A stretch of 64,000 bases of DNA. It comes from Lama glama. Lineage: Eukaryota. The position numbers were made by a program, and so were the translations under genes. Where the stretch lies: NCBI GenBank assembly GCA_028534125.1, contig CM052817.1:31560001-31624000 (forward strand), in the 5' to 3' direction. The notes under the pieces were generated by a model, which was not told the DNA's origin, did not search any database, and saw only the letters and a program-made list of their open reading frames with translations. Below, piece after piece: positions 50,839-64,000 of this stretch; within the stretch, counting starts at the first letter, position 1; every line of letters starts with the position of its first letter.

Positions 50839-52362
50839 GGATCCAGACATACTGTGGTAGTACATTCACAGAGGGGCAGGCAGGGAAAATGGCCCTGCTT
50901 TAAATGCCCCAGGTATCACACCTTGGGAAGCACTGCCAGTGGAGTTTCCACAGCCTGAGTTCATGATACTAAGAGATCCCTAGTTATCTTATACTGAATG
51001 CAATTCCTTAGTTAATGTCTCCTCAGAGATGTTTCAGGGACTTCTAGACTAGGGGTTGATCATCCCATCTTAAAATGACTCCTTCAGACTGAAACAGACC
51101 CATCAGGGTTCACTTTAGTCTGAACTGCTTCTCCTTTGGGCCATTGCTCAATCTATACAAATATTTTGGACCAGTGGCTAAGGAGCACCTGGTTAGATAG
51201 TAGGTTTTATTTTTCCCCTTTCTCTAGGCAATTCTGTGCTTTTATAATTGAAGCTTTCAAAGCTGTTGTCAGTGAGCTGTCTCTGTAGTGCTTCTACTGC
51301 ACTCGAATACTATTTTATTTCAGGCCATGGGCATAGTCAACATGGAGTGTGAAAAAGGCTGTATAAAGCACAGAGCCATTTTAAAAAATTATCCTCACTA
51401 CATGTAAAAATAGCCTGCATTCTGTCATCTTGAGGGAGTGATGCTCTAGAGACTAGATAAGTGCTCTACTCTGTTTCCATTTGCAATACAGATCTGGCCT
51501 AAATATGCCAGTTCTATTTTTTTTTTTCTGGTGTTTTTTAAAATAATTGAAACAATATTTAAATATAAAAAATAACTAATTTTGAATTTTTGGCCACTGG
51601 CCAATGGATCATAAAGTTGTAGAATTACATACCTTTGTACAGGGTGAAAGGATTAGAGGCCCTCCAGGCAAAACCTCTCATATTGTAGATGAAGACGGTT
51701 TTTTTAAAAAATGTCTAAAAGTCTTGCTGGGTTTTAATCCAAAGACTTTCAAACATCAAGGTATTTTAAATCATTTATATTCTTAAGAAATAATCATAAT
51801 TTTTTAAATAAAAATTTATGTAATAATCATATATTAGAATTTTCCCATATGCTAAGAAGTTTGGTAGATAAAAACAAATTATTGTATCTTGGCTTATATT
51901 TATCCTAGTATATTATGACACATTATGATAGAAGTTTCCTTAATTTGTAATGCTTTTAATGAACAACTAATAGTTTAGCTAACATATTATTGTTACTTAT
52001 AATATATAAAGATACTTTTCCTCTGTGGTTAACCACAGTGATAACATTGGCTAAATAACAAACTAAAACTTTAGCCAGAGACATAAGAAATATTATAATA
52101 ATATAGCAGAAGGTATTTAATGACAGAAGGAAGACTTCCTGAGCAAGAAAGTTATCGAAGCACTAGAATGGCTTACCGCGGGAGAGTGGGATCATTATAT
52201 ATAAATGTAGGTTATTTCTCCATTATTCAAGGTTTGTGGAAGGAAATGTACCTGCAAGCAATGAAAAACATTTCTCTTTGTTTTGGTAATTTCATTCTTT
52301 TTCTTATTTGTGAAAGTAATCACAAGCATTTTAGAAAACATGGAGATAAAATCTCACCCATG

Positions 52363-52607
52363 CAGAGAGGGATGTATTAGAAGGTGGGGATTAACATACA
52401 CACATTACTATATATAAAATAGATAAGAAACAAGGACCTACTGTATAGCACAGGGAACTATATTCAGTTTCTTATAATAACATATAATGGAAAAGAATCT
52501 GAAAAGAAAAAATAAATATGTATGTATATGTATAACTGAATCACTTTGCTGTACCCCTGAAAGTAACATTGTAAATCAACTACACTTATATTAAAAGTTT
52601 TTTTTAA
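52363..52607 (+). mobile_element. L1 3'-end insertion
   Basis: 'aaggacctactgtatagcacagggaactatattc...gtaaatcaactacact'; flanks aaaatctcacccat/agaacctcacccat. Confidence 0.8.
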
Positions 52608-53861
52608 AGAACCTCACCCATAATCCCACTGCTCTAAATGTAACCCAGATTAGCAATTTAGTATTCCTCATCCCTGTGTTATTTTCTGTACAGACATTTT
52701 CATTTTACATAGCTTTAATCAGATATAAATATATTTTCCTATTACTTTAACTTATTATAACATAACCATTTTTCATATAAAACATAATATTCAAAAGACA
52801 TGTGATGCGATAATTCTATGAGGTATTATTAGTCCATGTATTTTATTCCCTGAATTGATAACCATCTCTCCCCTTTGGGCTGCAAGACAAGAGGCCACCA
52901 TCCGGTTAGGGTCAGGAAAGAGGTCAGTAATTGGTGTGGGAATAAAGACACTGACTTCTAGCCTTCTAAGTTCAAAAGGAATGTCCAGATATAAGGCCAT
53001 TAAACGAAATTTTTTTAAAGCAAATGCATGCAGAGAAGCCATTTCCTTCCACATCACCAAAATCCAAGATAAAATACTCATCAAATCTGGGGAGGGTGGG
53101 GAAGAAGAAATGAAGGAGAACACATAGGGTTTAGAAGTTAGTCAGTGCTAATGGATCAGTATTCCACTGGATATTGATAAACATTATCAAGCTTGACATG
53201 TATTATCTATAGGGTAGGGCCAACAAATTAAAATCTTATCTGTAAGGAAGTTAAAAAAATTAAAATGCTTTTAAGCGTATAAATTATATAAACTTTATCA
53301 AGAGACATTTGCAGTAAATATCAAAGGCCCTAAAATTTTTTATACCATTTGATCCAGCAAGGACTATATGCCAAAGACATATTATGGACGTGTGTAAAAG
53401 TTAATGATTTTCATCAATGTTAAAATTCATAATATGAAGAATTAGGTTAGGTTAGGTTCATTTCTCTTTAAGTACACTATGACCCAACTTTGTGATAATA
53501 TACATAAATATAAGTATATTTTAGCTATAATGATATTTTAGAAGACTATTTAGTACTATAGTAAAATGTTATGCCCAAAAACATTCAGTGAAAAATAAAC
53601 TTATAAAACAGATGGACTTTATGATTTCATCTTTGGTTAAAATGTATGGATATATGCCTAGAAAAATGACAAATTATATTCTAAAAAATAATTATTACTT
53701 CTGAGTTGTATACTTTTAGATTTTTATATTCTTTATTTTTCTATATTTTAAAATATTTTCTATGATTAGTATATATTCTATGATCAAGCTTTGAAGCTTA
53801 TTATTTTTTTTAAAAAACTGTCCTTGTTAACAATTTTACTGAATTTAAAGTAATGATTTTT

Positions 53862-54625
53862 TTTGAAATCTATTTCCATATATAGTGGCCAACACTTTCA
53901 AATCTCCAACTCCCAAATTCATCCCTTCCCATCCCCTCTTCCCGGCAACCATGAGATTATTTACTATGTCTGTGAGTCTGTTTCTGTTTTGTAGATGAGC
54001 TCATAGTGTCCTTTTTTTTTTTTTCAGATTCCACATATAAATGATATCATACGGTATTTTTGTTTCTCTTTCTGGCTTACTTAGAATGATGATCTCTGCA
54101 AATAGCATTATTTTATTCTTTTTTATGGCTGAGTAGTCTTCCATTGTATAAATATACCACATCTTCTTTATCTAGTCATCTGTCAATGGACACTTAGGTT
54201 GCTTCCATGTTTTGGCTATTGTATATAGTGCTGCTGTGAACATTGAGGTGCATGTATCTTTTCAAATTAGAGTTCCCTCCAGATATATACCCAGGAATGA
54301 GATTGCTGGATCATATCATAGGTCTATTTTTAGTTTTTTTAGGAATCTCCATACTGTTTTCCATAATGGCTGCATCAAACTACATTCCTACCAGCAGTAT
54401 AGGAGGGTTCCCTTTTCTCCACACCCTCTCCAGCATTTATTGCAGACTTCTGAATGATGGCCATTCTGACTGATGTGAGGTGATACCTCATTGTAGTGTT
54501 GATTTGCGTTTCTCTGATAATTAGCGACATTAAGCATTTTTCTTCATGTGCCTGTTGGCCATTTGTATGTCTTCACTGGAGAATTGCTTGTTTAACACTT
54601 CTGCCCATTTTTAGATTGGGTTGTT
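53862..54625 (-). mobile_element. 5'-truncated L1
   Basis: Reverse L1 ORF2 end and 3'UTR; 13-bp TSD agtaatgattttt (53849-53861, 54626-54638). Confidence 0.85.
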
Positions 54626-56046
54626 AGTAATGATTTTTAACAGAGATAAAGATTCAATAGCTTAAGGGAAAAAAAAAACGGTCCTTAATACAGGCTTGAG
54701 AAATTGCCGTGAAAGATGAAGAAAGCCTTTTATGTAAACATAAAAGAAAGCATTAAAAGGAAGTGATCACTTGAAACAGTTTTCTCTCTGCCCCATCTCT
54801 CTGACAGATAAGCCCTCTATCTATGAGAATCCATGAAGTTGGGATGTAATTTTTAGTATTAGTAATGACTAATAAGTGGTTCTTTAATTTTGCTTTGGAA
54901 GAGTTTGCGCAATAAGGGAAATTCACCAAGGATTTTAAAGCTTGGATTGGTTCATCTAGTAGTCTTAGAGGGAAAGTAACTTTTCTAGTTCTCACAGTCA
55001 TTAAAAAAAAGAAGCTGTGCTACCTTTTTTCTTCCTGGTGGAAGGACAGTAGGTATTATATCCACTTTGTGTGCATCCTAGTTTTCAGAGATTCAGCAAG
55101 GCAGAGTTGGGTGTGAGCTGTTTCATATGGGTGTGAAAAATAGCTACCCATCCAATCCTTCCTGGAAAGAAATATCTTAACAAATGGCACAGCATTAGGC
55201 ATCAGGTGTTAAAAAACCCCAGCTATCATCCACAGAACCAGCAGGATGTTACGAGAAATATCCTGGCAGCTTCTATCCAGTAATGTGACTCAAGATTTAA
55301 TATTTCTTTTCTACTTTTATTATATACCAGATTGTTAATATTTCCCATTAAGAATAATGTGGATGATGATAATTGCTAAGGAATTAGGCGATCTACCTGG
55401 TTTAGCCCCTGCCCTCCCCAAAACAAAACAAAACAAAAACTGGTATTCAAACTGTGAGCTGGTGAGAATCTCCGTCATAGCCCAAGGAACGCATTGCCTA
55501 AAGTGCAGCATCTTATGGGCAGTCTTAAGATTTCCAGCTGTGTCCAAGCTCTAAGAATTTGTCTGTTTTGTCTGCTTCCATAGGCATAGTAGGGATATAG
55601 AACCAGGGAATGTTTAGCCCAGAGAACTAGGTCTCATCCAGGGATATAAATGCTAATGTACATTAATTCTAAGTAATGCTGATTCTCTGGTCTTCAAGAC
55701 ACCAAACAAATGAAACTATACTGTTAGTAAATTTTAGCTGCATTAGATCTAAAATGTGTATTCAGAGTACTATAAAGAAAGTGACCAAGTTACAGGTGGG
55801 AGAACAAGGAAGGATAGAACAAAGGATTGAAATACATAATAAATAAAGAACTCTTTCCAGTGAACAAGAAAATGATAAGCAATGAAATAAACATGGGCAA
55901 AAGATATAAACAGGCATATTACAGGGAAAGAAAACCCAACAGCAAAAACATGAAAATAATCTTTGCCTAATACTAATTAAGAAATTAAAATTTAAGCAAT
56001 AAGAAGATAATAGTTCACATACTTCTAATTGGAAACGAAGTAGAAA

Positions 56047-56663
56047 TGATACAGGAAAAAAATAGGGCATGAAGGATGGCCTTGTCCCAGGTCTCCGGTA
56101 AGTGCCTGGGACATGTCCTGCCGAGTGAGGGTCCTTGGCTTCACACAGGAAAGATTTTGAGAGTAAGCCATAGTACAGTAAAAGTAGACTTATTTGGAGA
56201 CATGCACACTCCACTGAGAGAGTGTAGGCCATCTCAGAAGGCCAGAGAGGCCATGAGGCATGCGGATGGGTGTTTAAAGTAAAAGTAGACATACACTCCA
56301 CAGATCAAGTGCGGTCTGTTTTACTCAGAAGGGAGCACAGTTATGAGGTATTGGGCATGTTAGTTTTTATGGGCCCAGAAACTTCATATGCTAACAACTG
56401 GGAGGATTATTCCAACTACTTTGGAGAAGAGGCTGGGATTTCCAGGAATTGGGCCACTGCCCACTTTTTGACCTTTTATGGTCCGCCTTGGGACTGCCAC
56501 AGTGCCTGTGGGAGTGCCATTTACCATGCTAATATATTACACTGAGGGTATAATGAAGCTCAAGGTCTACTGGAAGTCTGTTGGGAGTTAACTTTTCATC
56601 TTGGTGCTGACTGCTGTGTCATTCCTTGAATGGCTGTGCCCTGCCCTCTTCCTTCCTGTCTCA
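56047..56663 (-). mobile_element. ERV1-class solo LTR (617 bp) inserted in an old L1
   Basis: TG...CA termini with a perfect 4-bp TSD GAAA; internal duplication around 'agtaaaagtagac'. Confidence 0.8.
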
Positions 56664-56864
56664 GAAAGTCTGATGAAGCCAAATGCAAGAGAGGATGTGA
56701 GTTGTTGATAATAGTATAAATTGGTGCAATTTGGAAAACAGTTTGGCAATGCCTAGTAAAACTGAAGATGTGGTTACAACCATGACTCAGATTTTTTTTC
56801 TTACTCCAGAGAAACTTGACCACATAGAAAGGAAGAATATACAAGGATATTTATTACATCACTT

Positions 56865-56955
56865 TATTTGTTATTGTTAGTGGTGGTACTGGGGATTGAA
56901 CCCAGGACTTTGTGCATGCTAAGCATGTGTTCTGCCACTGAGCATATTGTACCCC
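56865..56955 (-). mobile_element. Camelid-type tRNA-derived SINE
   Basis: 'ggtactggggattgaacccaggac...tgcatgctaagcatg...ccactgagc'. Confidence 0.8.
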
Positions 56956-57363
56956 TACATCCCCCTTTGAGGCAGCAATAAAGTAATAACAGCCTAATTC
57001 TCTACCAGTTGAGAAATAAACAACATGTGATAATTCATACAGTGGATTTACATAAAGCAGTTAAAATGAGTAAATCATGTGTACATGTATCAAGGTGGAT
57101 AATTTTTGAAATATTATATTAGGTAAAAATGGAAGTAAATGGTAATAAGATACATTCAAGATGGTACAATCTGTATCTAATATGATCTAATTTTATATGC
57201 ACAATACTATATTACATAGATGTATAGAGAGACAAAGATAGGTAGATAGGTAGATGTATAACATAAACTCATGAATGGCAAAGGCACATTAATGATAGGA
57301 AATGGCTAATCCTGGGGAGGAAAAGGAAAGAGATGGAAGTTTGGTTTTAAGTGTATCCATAAT

Positions 57364-57510
57364 TTTTTTTTTTTAGGTTTTTTTTGGGGGGGGGTGTGGA
57401 TAGGTAATTAGGTTTATTTATTTATTTCTAGAAGTGGTACTGGGGATTGAACCCAGGACCTTGTGCATGCTAAGTATGTACTCTACCACTTGAGCTATAC
57501 CCTCCTCCCC
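57364..57510 (-). mobile_element. Camelid-type tRNA-derived SINE
   Basis: Reverse SINE with a perfect TSD gtgtatccataat (57351-57363, 57515-57527). Confidence 0.9.
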
Positions 57511-57949
57511 CTAGGTGTATCCATAATATGTTATCTATATAGAGAAAATATAATCTGAAGCAAAGATAGCAAAATGTAAACATCATTTAAATTTAGATAG
57601 TAGGTAAATTACTGTAGTAGTATTTTCTGTATGTTTGAAATATTCAATAATTTAAATAATTTTTATTTTGTTTAAGTTATTTACTTTATTAATAAGAAAA
57701 CACTTTTTTTGTATTTGGAGAAATACAAAGCAACACATAGAAATCTTAGAAGATTCAAGTTCATAAATAGAGTTAATTTCATCCCTAAGGTAAGTTCGTG
57801 ATGTGATAGTTCCAATTCATTCCACAAGAACATCTTTTTCAAGCTTATGTTGGATAGAGAATCCTTTTTATTTTTCCCCCAAGATATGTGTGAGAATTAA
57901 AACTTAAAGGGTTTCTCAAACTTTCTTTGAACTTACATTTATAGGTCAA

Positions 57950-59000
57950 AACATGATAACTATAGTTAACACTGTTTTTGGTATATTTGAAAGTTGCTAA
58001 GAAAGTAGATCTTAAAAGTTCTCATCACAAAGGAGAAAACATTTATTTTTCTTCTTCTTTTGTTTCTTTGGGGTTTTTGTATCTATGTGACATGATGGAT
58101 ATTAGCTAAACTTACTAGGGTAACCATAATATGTAAGTCAAGCCATTTGCTGTACACCTTAAATGCATACAGTGTTGTACGTCAATTATATCTCAATAAA
58201 ACTGGGGGGAAAAAAAGACAGGTTTAGGCAGTGAGAGACTTACTCATTTGTACTTTTAATCAGTGTTTGTTATTTATGCAAATTGTTTGACTTCTCCATC
58301 ACACATCTTCTTTGGATTGCTGATTTAAGCTGTTTGATTTTCTCTGGCACTGTATACATTTTATGAACATGCTAACAAATATATTTTAAGGAAATCCAAA
58401 CTAAAGAATATCTTTATGCCACCATTTGGTAACCATCACAATAATTATTGGCTCAGTTGAGAATCATCAATGGATGCTAAAACTGGTGGGTGAAAGTTTG
58501 ATGAGAAACAGGATATGGTCTCAAATTATCTTGCCTGTAATTAAAAAATAAATTTGCTTTTTAATTATAAAGGGAAAAAATAGTGACTTTACAGTGTAGA
58601 AACCAAACAGGCCTCTCTTTAACACAAATAACCAAAGTACACATCATGGCCACTGGGACACATCAACACCGTGCAAACTGATGTATGTCAGACACAGTGC
58701 GCTGAGAATACAGCATCACTTCCATGTTAGTCCTGTACCAAATGCATAACTTGGGTCTAAACATGAGGGACCATCGGATGAACCCAAACTGACGGACATT
58801 CTGTAAGTAACTGGCCTGATGCTCCAAAAACATCAAAGTCATGAAAGATAAAGAAAGCCTGAAGAGTTATTCCAGATGAAAGAAGACTAAAGCAACATGG
58901 CAGCTAGATGCAGTATGTGATACTGGATTGGACTGGGTCCTGGACCAAAAAATTGTTTTTCTTTTACTATGGATGACACCACTGGATAATTGGTCATTTT
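57950..59000 (+). mobile_element. L1M 3'UTR fragments (two elements)
   Basis: 'ttgaaagttgctaagaaagtagatcttaaaagttctcatcac' and 'agaatcatcaatggatgctaaaactggtgggtgaaagtttgatgag'. Confidence 0.7.
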
Positions 59001-59009
59001 GAATAATTT

Positions 59010-59310
59010 GTTCCAACTTGTTGCTTTTATTAAGAAGCCTCAGGATGCAAATTTAATATAAAATACTGTAAATGTCTGCACCTTTTAATGAGAAGAAAAC
59101 CAAAAGACGTTGCAGTTTCATCTTCCTTCTCCATGTGAATGATCCAATTCAAAAAGATAGTTCGCCGTACTCTGCTCTCAAGAATTACGAACAATTCTGT
59201 CATAGTAAGACTGGCAGAGAATTTCTAATATACGTAGGCCTTGTCTACAGAGTCCATATCATAAATTTGGGAACTATTGGTGGAAGCCCATTAGCAGATC
59301 GACTATAAAG
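59010..59310 (-). other. Candidate terminal exon of an upstream minus-strand transcript
   Basis: Strong acceptor atcatttttttcttttttcAG at 59311-59312; ATTAAA at 59084-59089 and 59052-59057, AATAAA at 59026-59031; non-repeat sequence. Confidence 0.45.
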
Positions 59311-59899
59311 CTGAAAAAAGAAAAAAATGATTAATAAGGCTGTCAGAACCAAATGGCAGTAGGTTTCACAGCTCACTCCAGCTTCCAGGATTGTACTTAG
59401 ACACAGCAACCGTTAGTTAGTCCAGTGCCTTGGTTTTGATGCAGTCCTTCAAATTTAAACCTAGTGGAATTTTTATGAAGATTAAGTATTACGCCTTCCA
59501 GTTTTTGGATAGCATTCTTCATAATTTTTATGTAGTGACTGCAGTGTTTTAGATTTAGGTTAAGCGAGCTTGTTTTTCATTAACCATGTGATTTGAAGTT
59601 AATTACTTGACTCTTTTGAGCCAAAGAGTTTTAATTTGTTAAATGATAAGATCAGACTTTCTTATCTTTGAGATTTTTTTCCAACTCTATCTAGATTGTT
59701 CTAGTTCTTTAATTAATAGTTAGATTATCAGTAAAAGTGATATATTTCTTCTGAGACCAAAATAGAAAACCTATCTTCTTTAAAAGCAATTCCTTGTTAC
59801 CTTGTTTTATAAAATATTTTAGTTGCGTAAAAATGTATAGTTAAGAACCAAACAAACTTCTGTGTACCCATCATCCAGCTAAAATGTAGAAAGTACAGT

Positions 59900-61100
59900 T
59901 TTTCATCTATCATGTTAGCAAAAATCCTTCAGTTTGACAAAACATCTTATGGGCAAAGCTGCAGAGAAACAGGCATTTTCCTATATTGCCCGTGGGAATG
60001 CAGAAATGATATAAGGAGAATTTGGCAATTTCTAGCAAAATTACATATGCATTTAACCTTGGACACTATGACCACCTTTCTATAAAATGTATTCCAAAGA
60101 TATTCAGACAGATGTACAAAATGATGTATGCACAAAGTTATTCATTGCTATTATTTGTAATAGCAAAAGATAAGGAACCATTCAAATGTCCATTAATAAG
60201 GGACTGCTTTAAGAAACAACAGTACATTCATGTGATGATTCCTATGCTGTGGTAAAAGATTCTCCATGAAATGCTATGGAATGTGCACAGTATGCTACTT
60301 TCTGTGTAAGAAAGGGGACTATAAATACAAGTGCATGTGTGTATTTTTTTCAAGTAACAATAGAAGGACAAACCAAAAACCAATAAAAAATGGTTACCTA
60401 TAGTGGAAAGAAAAAACTAGAAGCAAGGAATGGCAAATAAGCGTATGAAAGGATGCTCAACCCAGTGTGTCATTAGGGAATTGCACATTAAAACAGCAAT
60501 GAGATACCAATGCACACATATTATGATGGCTAAAATCTAAAACACTGACAACACCAAATGCTGGGGAGGATGTGGTGCAAACAGGAACTCATTTACTTCT
60601 AGTGGGAATGCAAAATGGTACAGCCACTTTGGAAAACAGTTTGGCATTTTTTTTTTTTTTTACAAAACTAAGCATACTTTTACCATATGACCCAGCAATC
60701 ACACCCTTTGGTGTTTACCTAAATGAGCTGAAAATGTATGTCCACATGAAAACCTGCACACAGGTATTTATAGCATTTTATTCATAAGCGCTAAAACTTA
60801 GAAACAACCAAGATGTCCCTCGGTAGGTGAGTGTATAAACAAACTGTGGTACATCCAGGCAGTGGAATATTATTCAGCAATAAAAAGAAATGAGCTATCA
60901 AGCCACAAAAAGACATGGAGGAAACTTAAATGCATTTTGTTAAATGCAAGAAGGAAAATATGAAAAGGCTACATACTGTATGATTCCAATTTTATGAAAT
61001 TCTGGAAAAGGCAAAACTATGGAAACAGTGAAAAAACAAAAAGATCAGTGATTACCAGAAGTTCTGGGGAAGGAGGAGGTAGGAATGAGTAAGTGACAAA
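59900..61100 (+). mobile_element. Old L1M 3' fragments
   Basis: ORF2 end 'LLVGMQNGTATLENSLA...LPYDPAIT' and 3'UTR. Confidence 0.75.
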
Positions 61101-61511
61101 TAGAGAGTTATCTATGGTTGCTAAAACCGTTAGGTGAAAGGTTGGTGAGGGACCGTATAATTATGTGTATTGATAGGTCACGTTGACCACATTTGAACCT
61201 ACTGATTGAAAACTAGCACTGTATTTTGATGTGATACAATAGAAAGTATACAGCATTGTGTATGAAATATCTTTGCGTTAAGTAAATAAACCTGAATCTA
61301 AACCATGCCTCTAAATTTAACCGCAAGTTTATAAAACCATTCCATACTTATCTAGATGATAAAACTTGAAAAGTCTGACTTTAGCTAGCTTGGAGAAGAT
61401 GAGGAAGATGTGAAACTTTGCGAATGCTCACACTCTGCTGGTAGGCATGCAAATTGGCCCAAGCAGTTTGAGTCTGACAGTCCTTAATCTATGGGGAAAG
61501 TCACCTTCTTG

Positions 61512-61525
61512 CCACTAGATGGTGC
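61512..61525 (+). promoter_or_regulatory. CTCF core motif
   Basis: CCACTAGATGGTGC versus consensus CCASYAGRKGGCRS (one mismatch). Confidence 0.5.
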
Positions 61526-61849
61526 CTGTTGGCTTTTGAGTAGTTTATTGTCTTCTATTACGTTGCTCCACTTCATTAATTTACTCCCCATCGTCATGGG
61601 AGGAACGGACTGAGAACAAGCACTGGAGTCTTACCGAGAACTTGTAATCCTGACCCAGGCAGCCGTATCTGCTTTCTGCCTGTCGCACCATGTTGGCACT
61701 GAGAGCACATTGCTGATGCTTTCTGTTTCCCCAAGCCACTTATTTTATTCAGTTGCTTAGCAATCTCTCTCTCTAATACTGTGTCAAGGGTATTTTTTCT
61801 GAAGAATATTTTTTCAATATTTAATAGCTTCATTCTCTATTCTAATTTG

Positions 61850-63310
61850 TTTTTAGTTTGAGATCAAAGTTATAGAAATGGTACAAAGAAAGTCTATATA
61901 CCTTTCACACCAGACCCAGATTTCCTGCTTATTAATATTTCACATTCTCTCTCCTTTTCACTCTCTCTTTCCCTCCCCTTCTCATTATCTCACATATGTA
62001 AATATATCAGATATAAATTATGCATAATTCTCTAAGCCGTTGAAGAGTAAGTAGCAGCCACATTGCCCCATTGGCCTTATAAACAAGGACACTATTCTAC
62101 ACAACTTCAGCATCCCTATCAAAATCAGGACAGTTTCTCAGGCTTTCCTTGTCTTTTGTAATCTTGGTATTTTTGAGGGCCAGGTACTTCGTATGGCCTT
62201 CAGTTTGATTAGATTCAAGTTGTGTTTGGATGACAGGAATATCACAAATGTGATGCTGTGTTCTCAGTGCATCATATCAGGAGACACACAACATCAGTGT
62301 GTCTTCTGGCTGCTAATACTAACCTTTCCCATTTTATTTCTCCACTCAGAGCAAATTAATACATATTTTGTGGTCATTAATTAACACATAATTTATAAGC
62401 AGTTTGTGGGGAGATACTTTAGGACTATATAAACCTCCTTTTTCTCATCAAACTTTCACCCACTATTTTACCTGAATCCATTATTTCTATGGTTATTACT
62501 AAATGTTGATCTGTTAATTCCATTATTCTTTCTGCATTAATTAGCTGGCATTCTACCATAAAGTGAAGCTTTCCATTTATTTATTCATTTCTTTTTTAAA
62601 AAACTTTTTTAAAAGTTTTTATTGTGTTTATTTATCAGATGGGGAGGTAAATAGGTTCCCCTATTTATTTATTTAATGGAAGCAGTAGGGGTTGAACCCA
62701 GGACCCTGTGCATGCCAGGCAAGCACTCTACCACTGAGCTATACCCTCCCCCCTTTATTTATTCATTTCTTTATACCAATATGGACTCATGTATCCCTTT
62801 TTTATTCAATGATTTATAATCCATTATTATTTATTTTGATGCTCCAGTCGTGCTCTGTTTGTCCAGTGGGAGCCCTTTCAGGTTAAATCCTTTGTCCTCT
62901 AATATGTTTGTAATATACTTTGGGAGCTTCCTTATTTCCTGGAGCAAGAAGATGTTTCAGACTTATCTTTTCTTTCCTTGGCACAGCCCTAGAACTGGCA
63001 GCTTATCCAGTGAACTCTGGTTCCTTTTACTAAAGTATTTAGAGACCAAGATCTGGGTGTCATTGTTTGCAGGCCTCTTACCAAAAAGACCCAGGATTAC
63101 TCCTTTATCTATACCTGTATCTATTCTAACATTCTCTCTCATTTGTATGTATAAACAACTCTGAGTTCACAGCAATACCTATAGTTCCAATCCAATACCC
63201 CAAAGCTTATTCTAGCCTTGCCCCTTTCCATATTTGTACCCTCCTTCACTGACAAAATCATTGTCTCCCATCATCATTAATATATTTATTTTCTCTGTAA
63301 GTAACCAATA
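61850..63310 (-). mobile_element. Old L1M 3'UTR fragments
   Basis: 'cagtttgtggggagatacttt', 'gagaccaagatctgggtg', 'atgtttcagacttatctt' typical of reverse L1MC/ME. Confidence 0.6.
62595..62753 (-). mobile_element. Camelid-type tRNA-derived SINE
   Basis: Reverse SINE with a perfect 19-bp TSD tttatttattcatttcttt (62576-62594, 62754-62772). Confidence 0.9.
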
Positions 63311-64000
63311 TTCAAAGTAAGTGCTCCATCTCCTCCATCTCCTTGGCTGGCACTACCAAATCAAATCCACAGGTTATATCCTCAGCCCTGGCTCCCATAC
63401 CTGCCAAGTATACCATTTTAGTCCCCTGGACCCCAAATGGTCCCCATTCATTTGTGATTCCTCCCTCCCCCTCACTGTGCACGTATGATAAACCACCAAG
63501 CTCTGACTATCCTGCCTCCTAAATACTTCTTGAATCTGTCTCCTCTATATTCTTTAAGTGTGATTGTCTGACTAGGAAAACTGTACCAAGTGCCTAGCAA
63601 ATCATCATCAGTGTCATTGAGGGGGCGAGGATATTCTTTCTCCCTCTCCCTCTAATGTTTTTTGGATGATGACCAATTATTAAGGGTCTTAGTAACCATG
63701 GTTAAAGTGCAACATGTTCCCCAGGTCATGCTTGCTCTCATCTCAATAATTATTGAGAGCGCCCAAAAGTCGAATATGAGGAGTTAAGTCTTGGTCCTGG
63801 CCCACAAGGTGAAGTGATACTCATAGCAGAGCTGTTTCGATGGATGGATGGAGGAAGTGGCAGAAAGTAAGAGGCAGACAGCTATCAGTTCAGCCTCACT
63901 GGTGGCTTGGTATCTTCTAGCTTCCTAATTCCATTCTGCAACCTGAGTTTCTGCAGGTAAGGTAAGACTGAGAACACCTCAGTCTGATGCAGTGCCCTCT

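Noticed and set aside
55762..56301. 179-aa minus-strand ORF
   Set aside because: Spans a solo LTR and antisense L1 sequence; no protein similarity I can recognise
1..64000. CRISPR arrays, operons or other prokaryotic systems
   Set aside because: The sequence is mammalian; no regularly spaced repeat-spacer array or compact gene cluster is present

Overview
Mammalian genomic DNA, very probably camelid (six copies of a tRNA-derived SINE starting GGGGAGGGTATAGCTCAG plus cetartiodactyl-type L1 3' ends). Most of the window is decayed transposable elements (L1, HAL1, L2, MIR, MaLR/ERVL/ERV1 LTRs, hAT and Tigger fossils). A CpG island at ~33.8-34.9 kb looks like the promoter of a minus-strand gene I cannot name, with three alternative non-coding first-exon donors, candidate downstream 5'-UTR exons and a possible divergent plus-strand transcript. 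The only recognisable protein-coding sequence is a full-length processed copy of TCEAL9 (WBP5) with an open 98-aa ORF (47113-47409). It sits inside an internally deleted L1 whose 5'UTR lies ~0.8 kb upstream in the same orientation. This possible retrogene is the best candidate for something new. Other notable structures are a twin-primed inverted L1, two short retroposed 3'-end fragments of unknown origin, a sense-oriented intronic solo LTR, a candidate terminal exon of an upstream minus-strand transcript, and a CTCF motif. I see no clear evidence of a wholly new biological system. Repeat subfamily names and protein comparisons are from memory, and most repeat boundaries are approximate.
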